A stretch of DNA of 64,000 bases, taken from the NCBI GenBank assembly GCA_964580935.1, contig CAZOLG010000005.1, positions 10,988-74,987 of the forward strand. The letters run 5' to 3'. Below are positions 1 through 9,387 of the stretch, piece after piece. The position numbers and the translations under genes were made by a program. The notes under the pieces are model-generated. The model was not told where the DNA came from. It saw nothing but the letters and a program-made list of their open reading frames with translations, and made no database searches. The stretch is from an uncultured Methanomassiliicoccales archaeon (GTDB lineage Archaea > Thermoplasmatota > Thermoplasmata > Methanomassiliicoccales > CAZOLG01). The first letter of the stretch is position 1. The number at the start of each line of letters is the position of its first letter.

Positions 1-104
1 ATCTCCAGCCTGGGATCTAGGAGTTGCCGTTCTGAAAGCTTTTTACGGGTAGATTCCCCTTCCTCTTTCGGAACCTTGACACTCCAGGATTTCACGGTGA
101 TACA

Positions 105-893
105 ATGGGAGAATTGATATTTGTGGGTTTAGGCCTGAGCGGTGCCGGAGACCTGACCATCAGGGCCAGGGCGGCCCTGACGAGGTGTGACACTATCTTC
201 GCCGAGTTCTACACCTCAAGACTCCTGGACAGCTCGCTGGAGGAACTGAAATCGGCCCTGGGCAAAGAGATCAATGTACTCAGCAGGGAGGGGGTGGAGG
301 AAAGCGACGAGATAGTCGATCGCGCTGAGCACGAGAAGGTGGCGATGATCACCCCCGGCGATCCGATGGCGGCCACCACCCATGTTGAGATCAGGATCAG
401 GGCAGAAGAGAGGGGTATCCCCACCTCGCTGTTCCACGGCATATCCATTTTCAGCGCCTGCGCCTCTGCGCTGGGGCTTCAGCCCTACAAGTTCGGTAGG
501 ACGGTCACCCTCCCATTCCCCGAACCGGGGTACCTCCCCACCAGCCCTTACGAGAACGTTCTCGAGAACTTCGAGAGGGGACTTCACACCATGGTCCTCC
601 TTGACATCAAGGGGCCCGAACAGAGGTTCATGACCTGCGCTCAGGGAGTGAAATGGTTGATGAGGGCCGAGGAGAAGATGGGGGAGGGGTTGATGACCGA
701 CAGCAGGTTGTTATGTGCCACGGCCAGAGTGGGGTCCCCTAATCAGCTACTGAGGGCCGGGTATCCGGATGATATCATTGGGTTAGATATGGGGGCGCCA
801 CTGCACACGCTCGTGCTACCTGGACAGCTCCATTTCATGGAGGCGAGGGCCCTGGTCAGGTTCGCCAGTGCTCCTGAAGAGATACTGGAATGA
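105..893 (+). CDS. dph5: Diphthine synthase (Dph5), SAM-dependent tetrapyrrole-methylase fold
   Basis: 262 aa. The N-terminus MGELIFVGLGL...GDLT and the overall length are typical of archaeal diphthine synthase. Stop is TGA. Confidence 0.88.
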   Translation: MGELIFVGLGLSGAGDLTIRARAALTRCDTIFAEFYTSRLLDSSLEELKSALGKEINVLSREGVEESDEIVDRAEHEKVAMITPGDPMAATTHVEIRIRAEERGIPTSLFHGISIFSACASALGLQPYKFGRTVTLPFPEPGYLPTSPYENVLENFERGLHTMVLLDIKGPEQRFMTCAQGVKWLMRAEEKMGEGLMTDSRLLCATARVGSPNQLLRAGYPDDIIGLDMGAPLHTLVLPGQLHFMEARALVRFASAPEEILE

Positions 894-894
894 T

Positions 895-1815
895 TCACGC
901 CACACCCAGAAGAAGCATCACCTTCATCTTTCCCCCCAGCGAGTCATCGGTGGTGACCGAATATCTGATCTTGGCGTTGGGAAGAGATTGAGAAACATTC
1001 CTGATGACGTCCTCGATATCCATCTTCTTTACTTTACCACTGGATATGGTTACCACACCCGCCTTTACCTCACTCTCATCGAAATCGAACCAGGGGGAGG
1101 TAAAGGCCTCATTGACCGCAATGGCCGCCCTCCTGTCTCCCTTACCGGTGCCCATGCCCAACCTACCGTACCTGACTTCCACAAAATCCTTCCTGATGGG
1201 CTCGATGTCCCTGGTGGTCAATGCCTTCTCCAGTTCTTCCACGGGGAGCATCATTATCCTGTTCATCACCTGGAACGCCTTCCTCATGGGCAGATTGGGT
1301 ACCATCTTCAGCAGCTGATCGTTGGGATAGGTAACGGTGATGTCTGAGGCCCAGAAGATGCTGGAGAGGCTATAGTCGGCCACGCTCTTCCTCTCCTCCC
1401 CCTCTACGGAGAAGGGAAGAGCCACCGATGTCATACACAGCTTTGACTGTTTCTTGCACAGATTGGCGACGATGGGGGAAACGTAGCTCCCGGTGTCACC
1501 CCCCAGTCCAGTGAACAGGAAGATGAGATCCCTGTTACCTATACCCCTGGAGAGGGTCTCTTTCAGATCGAAGTTGAGGGAACAGAGGGCCCTGAACGAA
1601 GTCTCCTTGAAGAATTCGACCTCCTCGTTCTTCAATCGGATGTAGTGATTGAAGGATTTTTCCTGAGTCTCTTCCAGGGGAGTGCAAATCGCGGCTGTCT
1701 CAAAGGGGGAATTGGCAATGGTGTTGCAGCCCGCCCCGCCGACACCCACCAGTTTAATGGAGGGTTTCACGGGGGGTCCTTCTCTTCCCAGTTTCTTTGG
1801 TTCATTTTTTGCCAT
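895..1815 (-). CDS. Short, divergent FtsZ/tubulin-superfamily GTPase paralog
   Basis: 306 aa. The T1 loop is VGVGGAGCNTI. The G-box reads GLGGDTGSY, where FtsZ has GGGTG[ST]G. FtsZ-like blocks are present: ALPFSVEGEERK, YPNDQLL, RKDFVEV...GMGTGKGDRRAAIAVNEAFTSPW. There is no long C-terminal linker or tail. Confidence 0.75.
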   Translation of the reverse strand: MAKNEPKKLGREGPPVKPSIKLVGVGGAGCNTIANSPFETAAICTPLEETQEKSFNHYIRLKNEEVEFFKETSFRALCSLNFDLKETLSRGIGNRDLIFLFTGLGGDTGSYVSPIVANLCKKQSKLCMTSVALPFSVEGEERKSVADYSLSSIFWASDITVTYPNDQLLKMVPNLPMRKAFQVMNRIMMLPVEELEKALTTRDIEPIRKDFVEVRYGRLGMGTGKGDRRAAIAVNEAFTSPWFDFDESEVKAGVVTISSGKVKKMDIEDVIRNVSQSLPNAKIRYSVTTDDSLGGKMKVMLLLGVA

Positions 1816-2002
1816 CTTTTTGTCCCCTCAGCCTGAAATTCGCGATTTATAACAAGAGTACCAATTGAATAATGGTGGAGGCACAACTAGGATAATTATT
1901 ACTTCCATAATAAGAATATTGGACTCAGTTCATCAACCCCTCATGGTGAGAAATGATGTTGGAAGAATCAATTTATATACAGGAATCGGTAAGGGGAGGA
2001 CC

Positions 2003-2170
2003 ATGAAAGAGAGAAGGCCCGATGGGTGCCACTTTGACGCTTATGGGGCAGATGAGGAATTCCTGAGGACATTGACCTGCGAGAACTGTCCCCTGGTTTC
2101 TATGGTCTGCGATTACAAGGGAGAGGTGGCACTGACCAGGCTCGCTAGATCGATGCACGATGGGGAGTAG
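2003..2170 (+). CDS. Small Cys-containing hypothetical protein (55 aa)
   Basis: An internal ATG at 2003 is preceded by AAGGGGAGG (1991-1999) and a TATA-like ATTTATATAC (about 1971-1980). The product has 4 Cys and I recognise no family. The longer ORF from 1865 has an implausible N-terminus. Confidence 0.3.
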   Translation: MKERRPDGCHFDAYGADEEFLRTLTCENCPLVSMVCDYKGEVALTRLARSMHDGE

Positions 2171-2312
2171 TTAGAAGTTCCATTCTGTCTTCAACGCAAC
2201 CGGGATACTCGCCGGAATTCTATCAATCTAAGAGTTGTTTATACTGTTCTCATCGTTTCAACATTCTAGGTCGTGTCAGAGATGAAAAGGAATATCCATT
2301 TAACTGCGGAAG

Positions 2313-3875
2313 ATGTTTGTAGTCTGTGCTCCGCAGGGAGGGATGTCATTGCATATTGGACGGGTAGTGGGACACAGAGTGACCGAGACGCGGTTTAGAA
2401 CCGATTATAAAGAGCCTCTCCAGGTGGGCGAGTTGTTGATCGTGGAGGAAGAGGGATCAGATTCACGATTCTTGATCAGAGTGATGGACATCCAGTACGG
2501 TGCCGATTCCGAGAGTGAGAATTGGATGGAAAAGAAGGCGGGAGGACTCCTGGCCGATGATCGGGACGAGGGGAGGAGCGATATTTCAACCCTCACGGAT
2601 AGACTCTACCGGGTGGGAGTGAGTACCCCGTTGGGCTACCTGGACGGGAGACAGTTCAAGAAGACGAAAACGATTCCATTCCACTTTTCCAAGGTAAGGA
2701 AGGCCGACGGAGATGACTATCAATTCCTCAAAGACTTCATGGGAGACATAGAAGTGGGCCTCCTTCGCTCGGGCGACGAAGTGCTTCAGTTCCCGGTGGG
2801 GATATCAAGCAGGAGTATCCCCCACCACATAGGAATCTTCGCCACCACAGGGATGGGGAAGAGCAACCTGATGAAGAACCTGGCCCTTTCCTGCATGAAA
2901 CAGCGGAAGTTCGGGTTCCTGATACTGGACCCCCACGGCGAGTACTATGACGGTGGCGAGAAGGGCAAGAGGGGTCTCATCCATTCATCCCAGCAGGGCG
3001 CTCTAGAAGTGTTCAGTTCCAGGGAGTTGAAGGGGCCGTATAACACACTCAACATCTCCGCCAGCGAGATTGAGATAACGGACCTTGAGAACCTGTACGA
3101 GTTCAGTCAGCCCCAGATCGAGTGCCTTCAGTCATCTCACTACAAATACGGAAAGTCCTGGCTGGTGGACCTGTATCAGAAGGGGGTGGAGCAGATCAAT
3201 CGTGACCTGGGGGAGAGATTCCACGAGGGTACGATCAACGTTATCAAGAGGAGGCTGGAGAACATCTTCAGGTTCGGTTTGCTGACCACTGACTCCAAGC
3301 TATCCATAACCTCACACGTACTGGACTGCCTGCACTCCGGTAAGGTGGTGCTAGTGGACACTTCCAACATGCTAGAGACGGAGGAACTGCTGGTGTCTAC
3401 AGTGCTTTCGAGGGCGGTTTTCGAGAAAAATAAGGCCCTGTACTCCGAGAAGAGCAAGGACGTTCCCCCGGTACTGGTGGCAATGGAGGAAGCCCAGAGG
3501 GTGCTTTCCCAGGCCAGAGGGACTATCTTCTACCAGATTGCCAGGGAGGGAAGGAAGTTCAGGGTCGGTCTATGTGCCGTCTCTCAGCAGCCAAAACTGA
3601 TCGATAATCAGATCATCAGCCAGTTCAACACCTTGTTCGTCCTCGGCCTTTCAGACCGTAGAGACAGGGAGATCTTGATGGATTCGGCCAAACAGGACGT
3701 TTCCAGACTTGACAATGAGATCCAGATGCTTATGCCCGGGGAAGCGCTGGTAGCATCGCCGTTTACACCGTTCGCAATCCCGCTCAAAGTTCATCTTTAT
3801 GAAGACCGTTTAGAGAATGATACCAATGAGGAGGACAAGACCAATAGGGGGGTCATTGACCTCAAATTCTTCTGA
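2313..3875 (+). CDS. herA: HerA-like (DUF87/FtsK-HerA superfamily) hexameric ATPase
   Basis: 520 aa with an N-terminal HAS-barrel-like region. Walker A is GIFATTGMGKSN. The Walker B-like block is VLVAMEEAQRV. An alternative start is ATG 2343 (MSLHIGRV). Confidence 0.78.
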   Translation: MFVVCAPQGGMSLHIGRVVGHRVTETRFRTDYKEPLQVGELLIVEEEGSDSRFLIRVMDIQYGADSESENWMEKKAGGLLADDRDEGRSDISTLTDRLYRVGVSTPLGYLDGRQFKKTKTIPFHFSKVRKADGDDYQFLKDFMGDIEVGLLRSGDEVLQFPVGISSRSIPHHIGIFATTGMGKSNLMKNLALSCMKQRKFGFLILDPHGEYYDGGEKGKRGLIHSSQQGALEVFSSRELKGPYNTLNISASEIEITDLENLYEFSQPQIECLQSSHYKYGKSWLVDLYQKGVEQINRDLGERFHEGTINVIKRRLENIFRFGLLTTDSKLSITSHVLDCLHSGKVVLVDTSNMLETEELLVSTVLSRAVFEKNKALYSEKSKDVPPVLVAMEEAQRVLSQARGTIFYQIAREGRKFRVGLCAVSQQPKLIDNQIISQFNTLFVLGLSDRRDREILMDSAKQDVSRLDNEIQMLMPGEALVASPFTPFAIPLKVHLYEDRLENDTNEEDKTNRGVIDLKFF

Positions 3876-3887
3876 ACGGAGGAGAAA

Positions 3888-5654
3888 ATGGCGGAAGTAG
3901 CTGTGCAGTTCCTGATCGACATTACAGTGGTAATGGTAGTGATCGGGATATCCGCCCTTGTCTTCCCCCGATTCAAACTCCCACCAGCCCTGGGGTACAT
4001 GATCGGTGGCCTCATACTGGCCACGGGCATAATCCCCTCACTGGAGATCCAGGATGTTACTTCGGTGAACTTCTTCGCCGACTTGGGCATTATCCTATTG
4101 ATGTTTTCCCTAGGACTGGAGTTCAATTTCAAACGGCTGAAGAAAGTGGGTCTGCTCTCGTTGGTGGCAGGAACGATCGAGATAATTATCATGCTCACCA
4201 TCGGTTACTCCCTGGGGAGGGTGATGGGATGGAACCAATTGGAGTCCATCTTTTTGGGTGCGGTGATGTCTATCAGCAGCACCGCATTGATCACCAAAGC
4301 CCTGATGGACTCGGGTAGGCTGAGTACCGAGCATGGAGAGGCTATCGTGGGCATACTGATCATCGAGGATTTCTTCGTCATCCTGGTTCTCACTCTGGCC
4401 TCCCCACTGACGAGCGGAACCCCGCTGGAGATCTTCTCTATCCTGGAGCTAGTGATGATCATACTCATCTTTCTCGCCCTCAGCACCGTTCTAGGGATCG
4501 CGGTGATCCCCAGGGCGATAGACTGGGTGGTCTTGAAGTTCAGGGAGGAAACAGTTCTCCTAGTCTCCCTAGGACTCTGTTTCGGGATGGCCATACTCTC
4601 TCTCGGCATCGGACTCTCTGTGGCAATTGGGGCCTTCGTGATGGGGATCATCATATCCCAGGCAGACTCGGTGGAGACCGTTATCTCTACTGTCAAGCCG
4701 GTGAGTATCGTATTCATCGCCATCTTCTTCGTTTCGATAGGCCTTCTCATCGAACCGGGAATTCTGGTGAACAACATCTTGCCCGCCCTTTTAATAGCGG
4801 GAGTATTCCTGATCACCAAACTGTTCTCGGTCACCACTGGCACCTATGCTTCCAATTTGAAGGCGGGAAGCTCACTGTTGGCCGGGATGGGGATGCTTAC
4901 CATGGGAGAGTTCTCGTTTATCATTGCCAAGACCGGAATGGATACCGGGGCGGTCGGTCCCTCTTTTTACTCTCAAGTGATAAGCGCGGCCCTGGTTACC
5001 ATGCTTCTTTATCCCTTCTTTGATCGTTATTCTCAGTCGTTCCTTCAGGGGATAAAGAACAGGCTCCCAAGAGACTGGTTGAGGACCCTCAGAGAGATGG
5101 ATCGATTGAGGAGTGGGGTCAAGAAAAGATTGAGTGACTCAACACTCAGGGCCAGCGAAGCCAAAAATCAGGTCACCATGATATTCATAGATACTATCAT
5201 CATGGCGATTATCATACTAGCGGTCAACTCAGTCTACTACTTCAAGGATTCCATATTCTTCCTGCAAGGAATCGATCCTTCGCTGTTGGGTCTGGGACTA
5301 CTGTTCCTGGCCATTCCGCTAACATTGCCCCCTATTATTAGCATAATCTTTAGAATCAGGGCGCTCATTAACCTATATACTATATGTGCTCTAGAATCCG
5401 GAGAATGTAGAAGGAGGGACCGGAAGGCAGTGACCAAGCTATTCACCGAACTGATCACAGGGATTATAGGATTGATCCTTCTCTTCCTGATCGTCCCATT
5501 CGTCCCTGGAGTAGAAGGGATCTCCTGGATCCCACTGATGGCTGTGATGATCCTGGGGTTTGCGGTAACAATACTATTATGGGACACGTTCCACTATGCC
5601 CACAAGAGGTTCGCCGAGGCGTTGAAAAGAGAAATTGTCGAGGAAGAAGAGTAG
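3888..5654 (+). CDS. Cation:proton antiporter (CPA2/Kef-type) with an extra C-terminal membrane region
   Basis: 588 aa and polytopic. Its Na+/H+-exchanger-like hydrophobic repeats resemble Kef/NapA-type transporters. It starts 12 nt after the herA stop, behind GGAGGAG. Stop is TAG. Confidence 0.78.
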   Translation: MAEVAVQFLIDITVVMVVIGISALVFPRFKLPPALGYMIGGLILATGIIPSLEIQDVTSVNFFADLGIILLMFSLGLEFNFKRLKKVGLLSLVAGTIEIIIMLTIGYSLGRVMGWNQLESIFLGAVMSISSTALITKALMDSGRLSTEHGEAIVGILIIEDFFVILVLTLASPLTSGTPLEIFSILELVMIILIFLALSTVLGIAVIPRAIDWVVLKFREETVLLVSLGLCFGMAILSLGIGLSVAIGAFVMGIIISQADSVETVISTVKPVSIVFIAIFFVSIGLLIEPGILVNNILPALLIAGVFLITKLFSVTTGTYASNLKAGSSLLAGMGMLTMGEFSFIIAKTGMDTGAVGPSFYSQVISAALVTMLLYPFFDRYSQSFLQGIKNRLPRDWLRTLREMDRLRSGVKKRLSDSTLRASEAKNQVTMIFIDTIIMAIIILAVNSVYYFKDSIFFLQGIDPSLLGLGLLFLAIPLTLPPIISIIFRIRALINLYTICALESGECRRRDRKAVTKLFTELITGIIGLILLFLIVPFVPGVEGISWIPLMAVMILGFAVTILLWDTFHYAHKRFAEALKREIVEEEE

Positions 5655-5736
5655 TTTCGAATAGGTCCCAGCAATCGTTTAAAGGCAGTCCTTCCCCTTT
5701 AGGAATGGATGCCCAATAGCGGGAGTGGAGTAGCAA

Positions 5737-6852
5737 TTGAAGATAGCCCACATATCGGATACACATCTCGGATATTCGGCCTATGGAAAGGTGGACGAGG
5801 ACAGCGGGCTCAACCAGAGGGAGACCGACACCTATCGGGCCTTTGAAGCTTTTGTTGACTCCGTGGTCGATAGGAAGCCGGATATGGTGCTGCACAGTGG
5901 GGACCTGTTCGACTCAGTCCGGCCCACCAACAGGGCAATTTCGGTGGCCCTAGATCAACTGCTCCGTCTCACAGCGGAAGGAATCCCGGTGGTAGTGATA
6001 GCCGGTAACCATTCTACGCCCAGGCTGAGAGAGACGGGCAGCGTATTCCGCATTTTCGATCACCTGGAAGAAGTCTATCCGGTCTACAGGGGGCGCTACG
6101 AGAGTATAGAGATCGGAGAAGTCACAGTCCACGCCCTCCCTCATGCTGAGGGCGAACTGCTACAGGAGGGGCTTAAGTCAATGGAGCCCTCTCCCCAAAC
6201 AGAATTCAACGTGGCGATGATGCATACCGGCATCGTTGGACTGGACGTTTTCAGGATGCATGAATTCAACGAACAGCTCATCAATTCCTCCTACCTGAAG
6301 AGGGGCTTCGATTACATTGCACTGGGCCACTACCACGGCCACACTGAGGTCTCTGACAACGCCTGTTATGCGGGTTCCACAGAGAGGTTCTCGTTCGCCG
6401 AAGTCGGCCAGGAAAAGGGTTTCCTCTGGGTCGACCTGGAGAGTGGTGAATGGGAGTTCGAGTCCTTGCCCACGAGGGAGATGGTGGATATCGGGCCCAT
6501 CGATGCTTCACACATGGAGGGGAGAGCTGTCCAGGGGAAGATAGAGGAAAGGCTGGAGAGAATGGATCTCGCCTCGAAGATCGTGAGGCTGAAGGTGAAG
6601 AACATTTCATCCCCCGCCTATCAGTCCCTGGATTTTAACCGTATCAATCAGTTGGTAAAAGACACTGTCCACTTCGAGAGGAGGTTCGATGTGGAGAGGG
6701 AGGACAATTCGGTGCAGTGGAGGAGCACCACCCTGGAGTCCATCGAAGAGGAATTCAAGAATTTTCTGGATCAGTACCCGGTGGAAGGAGTGGATAAAGA
6801 TACCATTGAGGAAAGGGGGCTGGAATACCTAAAGAAGGAGCTGGAATATTGA
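5737..6852 (+). CDS. mre11: DNA double-strand-break repair nuclease Mre11 (SbcD family)
   Basis: 371 aa. Calcineurin-like phosphoesterase motifs are present: HISDTHLG, HSGDLFD, GNHS, GHYH. TTG start. The stop overlaps the rad50 start. Confidence 0.9.
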   Translation: MKIAHISDTHLGYSAYGKVDEDSGLNQRETDTYRAFEAFVDSVVDRKPDMVLHSGDLFDSVRPTNRAISVALDQLLRLTAEGIPVVVIAGNHSTPRLRETGSVFRIFDHLEEVYPVYRGRYESIEIGEVTVHALPHAEGELLQEGLKSMEPSPQTEFNVAMMHTGIVGLDVFRMHEFNEQLINSSYLKRGFDYIALGHYHGHTEVSDNACYAGSTERFSFAEVGQEKGFLWVDLESGEWEFESLPTREMVDIGPIDASHMEGRAVQGKIEERLERMDLASKIVRLKVKNISSPAYQSLDFNRINQLVKDTVHFERRFDVEREDNSVQWRSTTLESIEEEFKNFLDQYPVEGVDKDTIEERGLEYLKKELEY

Positions 6853-9269
6853 AGCTCAGATACATGAAACTCCGGAACTACAGGAAATTCAGAGATTCTG
6901 AAATGGAGTTTCCAGACGGCGTGATCGGGGTGATCGGCCCCAACGGAGTGGGCAAGTCAAGCCTCATCGAAGCTATTGCCTGGGCCCTGTACGGCAACGA
7001 GTTTCAGATCACCAGGACCAACAAAGAGGGTATCCGGCGTGCGGGGGCCGACGATAACGATGAATGCAGCGTGCTCCTCGAATTCGACATGGATGGTGAC
7101 AGCTACCGCCTGTTCAGGGGGATGAGAGGGAAGGACCTGAGACCGGAAGCCGAGCTGGAGGTGAACGGAAGGCTGACCGCTGAAGGGGACAGCGCGGTCA
7201 GCAGAGCGATCACCAAGAGGTTAGGCATGGACTACAAATCATTCTTCATCTCCGTATTCGCCAGGCAGAAGGAACTGAACGCACTTTCTTCACTGAGGCC
7301 TGGAGAGAGAAAGAGGGTCGTACTGCGTATGCTGGATGTGGACGTGATAGAGAAGGTGGTCAACGAGATCAATTCAGATTCCCGCCGGGTGAAGGAGTTA
7401 TTCGAAAGAGAGTCCAAGAAGCTCAGCAACGAGGAGGGGGAGAAGAAGGAGGAGCTGTTGAAGGGCGAACTGAAGGATATCAACGAAGGACTCGAAGGGG
7501 GGCGGAGTGAACTGTCCGGCGTAAAGAAGCGTCTGCAGGAGCATGACAACCGGATCGAGGAGTTGAAGGAAAGACGGTCAGAAGTATCTGATCTGAGGGA
7601 CCGCTATGAAGAATTGAAGGGGGAACTCCGGGAACTGGGGAGTAAACTGGAGAGTGGACGCAGCAGGGTGGAAGAACTGACCGGAGAGATACAGTCCCTG
7701 GAAGATAGGAAAGAAGAGTTGGGCAAACTGGAAGAGAGGGTGGAAGAGTACAGGACAGTCAAATCTTCCCTAGAGGAGAAAGACGAGATCAAGAGAGAGT
7801 ACGAAAAGAAGAAGGAACTTCAGTCCCGCCTGGACTCTCTTGATCGAAAGGAGGGTTCTCGCAGTGAGAGGGTCGCCACCCTGGAAGAGAAGATCGAGGA
7901 CATGGAAGGGGTGGAGAAGAGCATCAGTACGGTGGAAGAGACTCTGACCAAGATCGAGGAGAGATTGAGTGGAAAGAAGAGTAAGATAGACCTGCTGACC
8001 TCTGAGATCAGAAGGATGGAAGAGGAGAGGGAAGAAAAGAAGGAGAGTAGGGAGGAGATCCAGGACCTGGGTCCAGAGAGCAGCTGTCCCACCTGCGAGA
8101 GACCATTGAGGGACCACCATGGTATGCTATTACGGAAGCTGGAGGACGAAATTGAGGAGCTCGATGAGAAGATTCAAGAGGACAGTGATCACCGGGATAA
8201 ACTGGAGGAAGAGGTCTCCACTTTGAAGAAGAGGAGAAAGGTACTGGAGGAGAGGAAGAAGAATCTGACTGAGAAACAACGCCGGCTCTCCAAATTGGAA
8301 GGTACTTTGGAGCAGGCCTCCGAACGTCTGAAAGAGATCAAGGAAGAGAAACAGGATATCGAAGACAAAATGAACGAGATGGGAGAAGTGGATTTCATTC
8401 CAGAGGAGTACGAGTCCCTGATCGAGAGACGGGATGAACTCGAGGACGCTCAAGAAAAATACAGGGAGATATCCGTGCAGCTCAAGCGATTGCCGGCGCT
8501 CAAAGAGAAGAGGGAGAGTATCATTAAGGAGGTCTCTTCTCTGAGAGAGCGCTCTGATGAACTGCAAGGGAGCATCCAGGAACTGGATTACGGGGAAGGC
8601 GACCTGAAAGAGGTACAGGAAGAGCTGGAAGGGGAGATGAAGAAGAGAAATCGGGTGAATGAGCGTTTCCGAGATATCAAGGAAGGAATCAGCCTTAAGA
8701 AGAAAGACAGAGAGCAGACACTTGAAAGACTGGATGAGTTGAGGAAGGTGAAGAAAGAGGTTGATAAATTGAGCACGGAGGTGGAAGAACTTTCCACTCT
8801 TGGGGACGCGATGAAAGACTTCTGGAAGAACGTGATGTCGCGCATAATCCCCACTCTGTCAGACATCTCCTCTTCTCTGTTCACTGAGATGACCGATTCT
8901 AAGTACGAAGGTCTGGACCTGGACGAGAACTACGATATCCACATATACGATCAGGGTGAGAAGTATCCCCTAGAGAGGTTCTCCGGAGGGGAGGTCGATC
9001 TGGCCAACCTGTGCCTGAGATTGGCCATCTCCAGGGTGATCGCCGATCGTTCCGGGAGCGGCGTGGACCTGCTGATACTGGACGAGATATTCGGCTCGCA
9101 GGATCAGAACAGGAAGAGAAACGTGATGAACTCGCTGAATCATCTCTCCAATCAGTTCAGCCAGATCATACTCATCACCCATATAGCAGATGTGAAGGAT
9201 TTCATGAGCAACGTCATGTATCTCAGGGAACAGGAAGACGGTACCAGCGAGATCATGCTGGAGGCCTAG
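6849..9269 (+). CDS. rad50: DNA repair ATPase Rad50 (SbcC family)
   Basis: 806 aa. Walker A is GPNGVGKSS. There are long E/K/R-rich coiled coils and a zinc hook CPTC (ESSCPTCERPL). The signature motif is SGGE and Walker B is LLILDE. Confidence 0.92.
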   Translation: MKLRYMKLRNYRKFRDSEMEFPDGVIGVIGPNGVGKSSLIEAIAWALYGNEFQITRTNKEGIRRAGADDNDECSVLLEFDMDGDSYRLFRGMRGKDLRPEAELEVNGRLTAEGDSAVSRAITKRLGMDYKSFFISVFARQKELNALSSLRPGERKRVVLRMLDVDVIEKVVNEINSDSRRVKELFERESKKLSNEEGEKKEELLKGELKDINEGLEGGRSELSGVKKRLQEHDNRIEELKERRSEVSDLRDRYEELKGELRELGSKLESGRSRVEELTGEIQSLEDRKEELGKLEERVEEYRTVKSSLEEKDEIKREYEKKKELQSRLDSLDRKEGSRSERVATLEEKIEDMEGVEKSISTVEETLTKIEERLSGKKSKIDLLTSEIRRMEEEREEKKESREEIQDLGPESSCPTCERPLRDHHGMLLRKLEDEIEELDEKIQEDSDHRDKLEEEVSTLKKRRKVLEERKKNLTEKQRRLSKLEGTLEQASERLKEIKEEKQDIEDKMNEMGEVDFIPEEYESLIERRDELEDAQEKYREISVQLKRLPALKEKRESIIKEVSSLRERSDELQGSIQELDYGEGDLKEVQEELEGEMKKRNRVNERFRDIKEGISLKKKDREQTLERLDELRKVKKEVDKLSTEVEELSTLGDAMKDFWKNVMSRIIPTLSDISSSLFTEMTDSKYEGLDLDENYDIHIYDQGEKYPLERFSGGEVDLANLCLRLAISRVIADRSGSGVDLLILDEIFGSQDQNRKRNVMNSLNHLSNQFSQIILITHIADVKDFMSNVMYLREQEDGTSEIMLEA

Positions 9270-9387
9270 AGGGATGTACTCGATAATCGGCCTGGGCAAG
9301 CCCAGATAAATTGATTCTTGGATTCAACCTTAGATTGAACCACACCTCTTCTCAGGGAGCGGAACGAGAGGATTTCAAGAGGGGGGT

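Noticed and set aside
2313-3875. HerA-like ATPase might be the core of an anti-phage defence system (HerA paired with Sir2, DUF4297 or another effector).
   Set aside because: No effector-like partner gene is adjacent. The neighbours are a transporter and mre11-rad50, which fits the housekeeping DNA-repair HerA.
7232-8884. There are many 60-145 aa ORFs antisense to rad50, Ser/Leu/Phe-rich (for example 7232-7549, 8130-8567 and 8588-8884).
   Set aside because: They are mirror images of the GAA/GAG/AAG-rich coiled-coil codons of rad50. They have low-complexity composition and no start or Shine-Dalgarno context.
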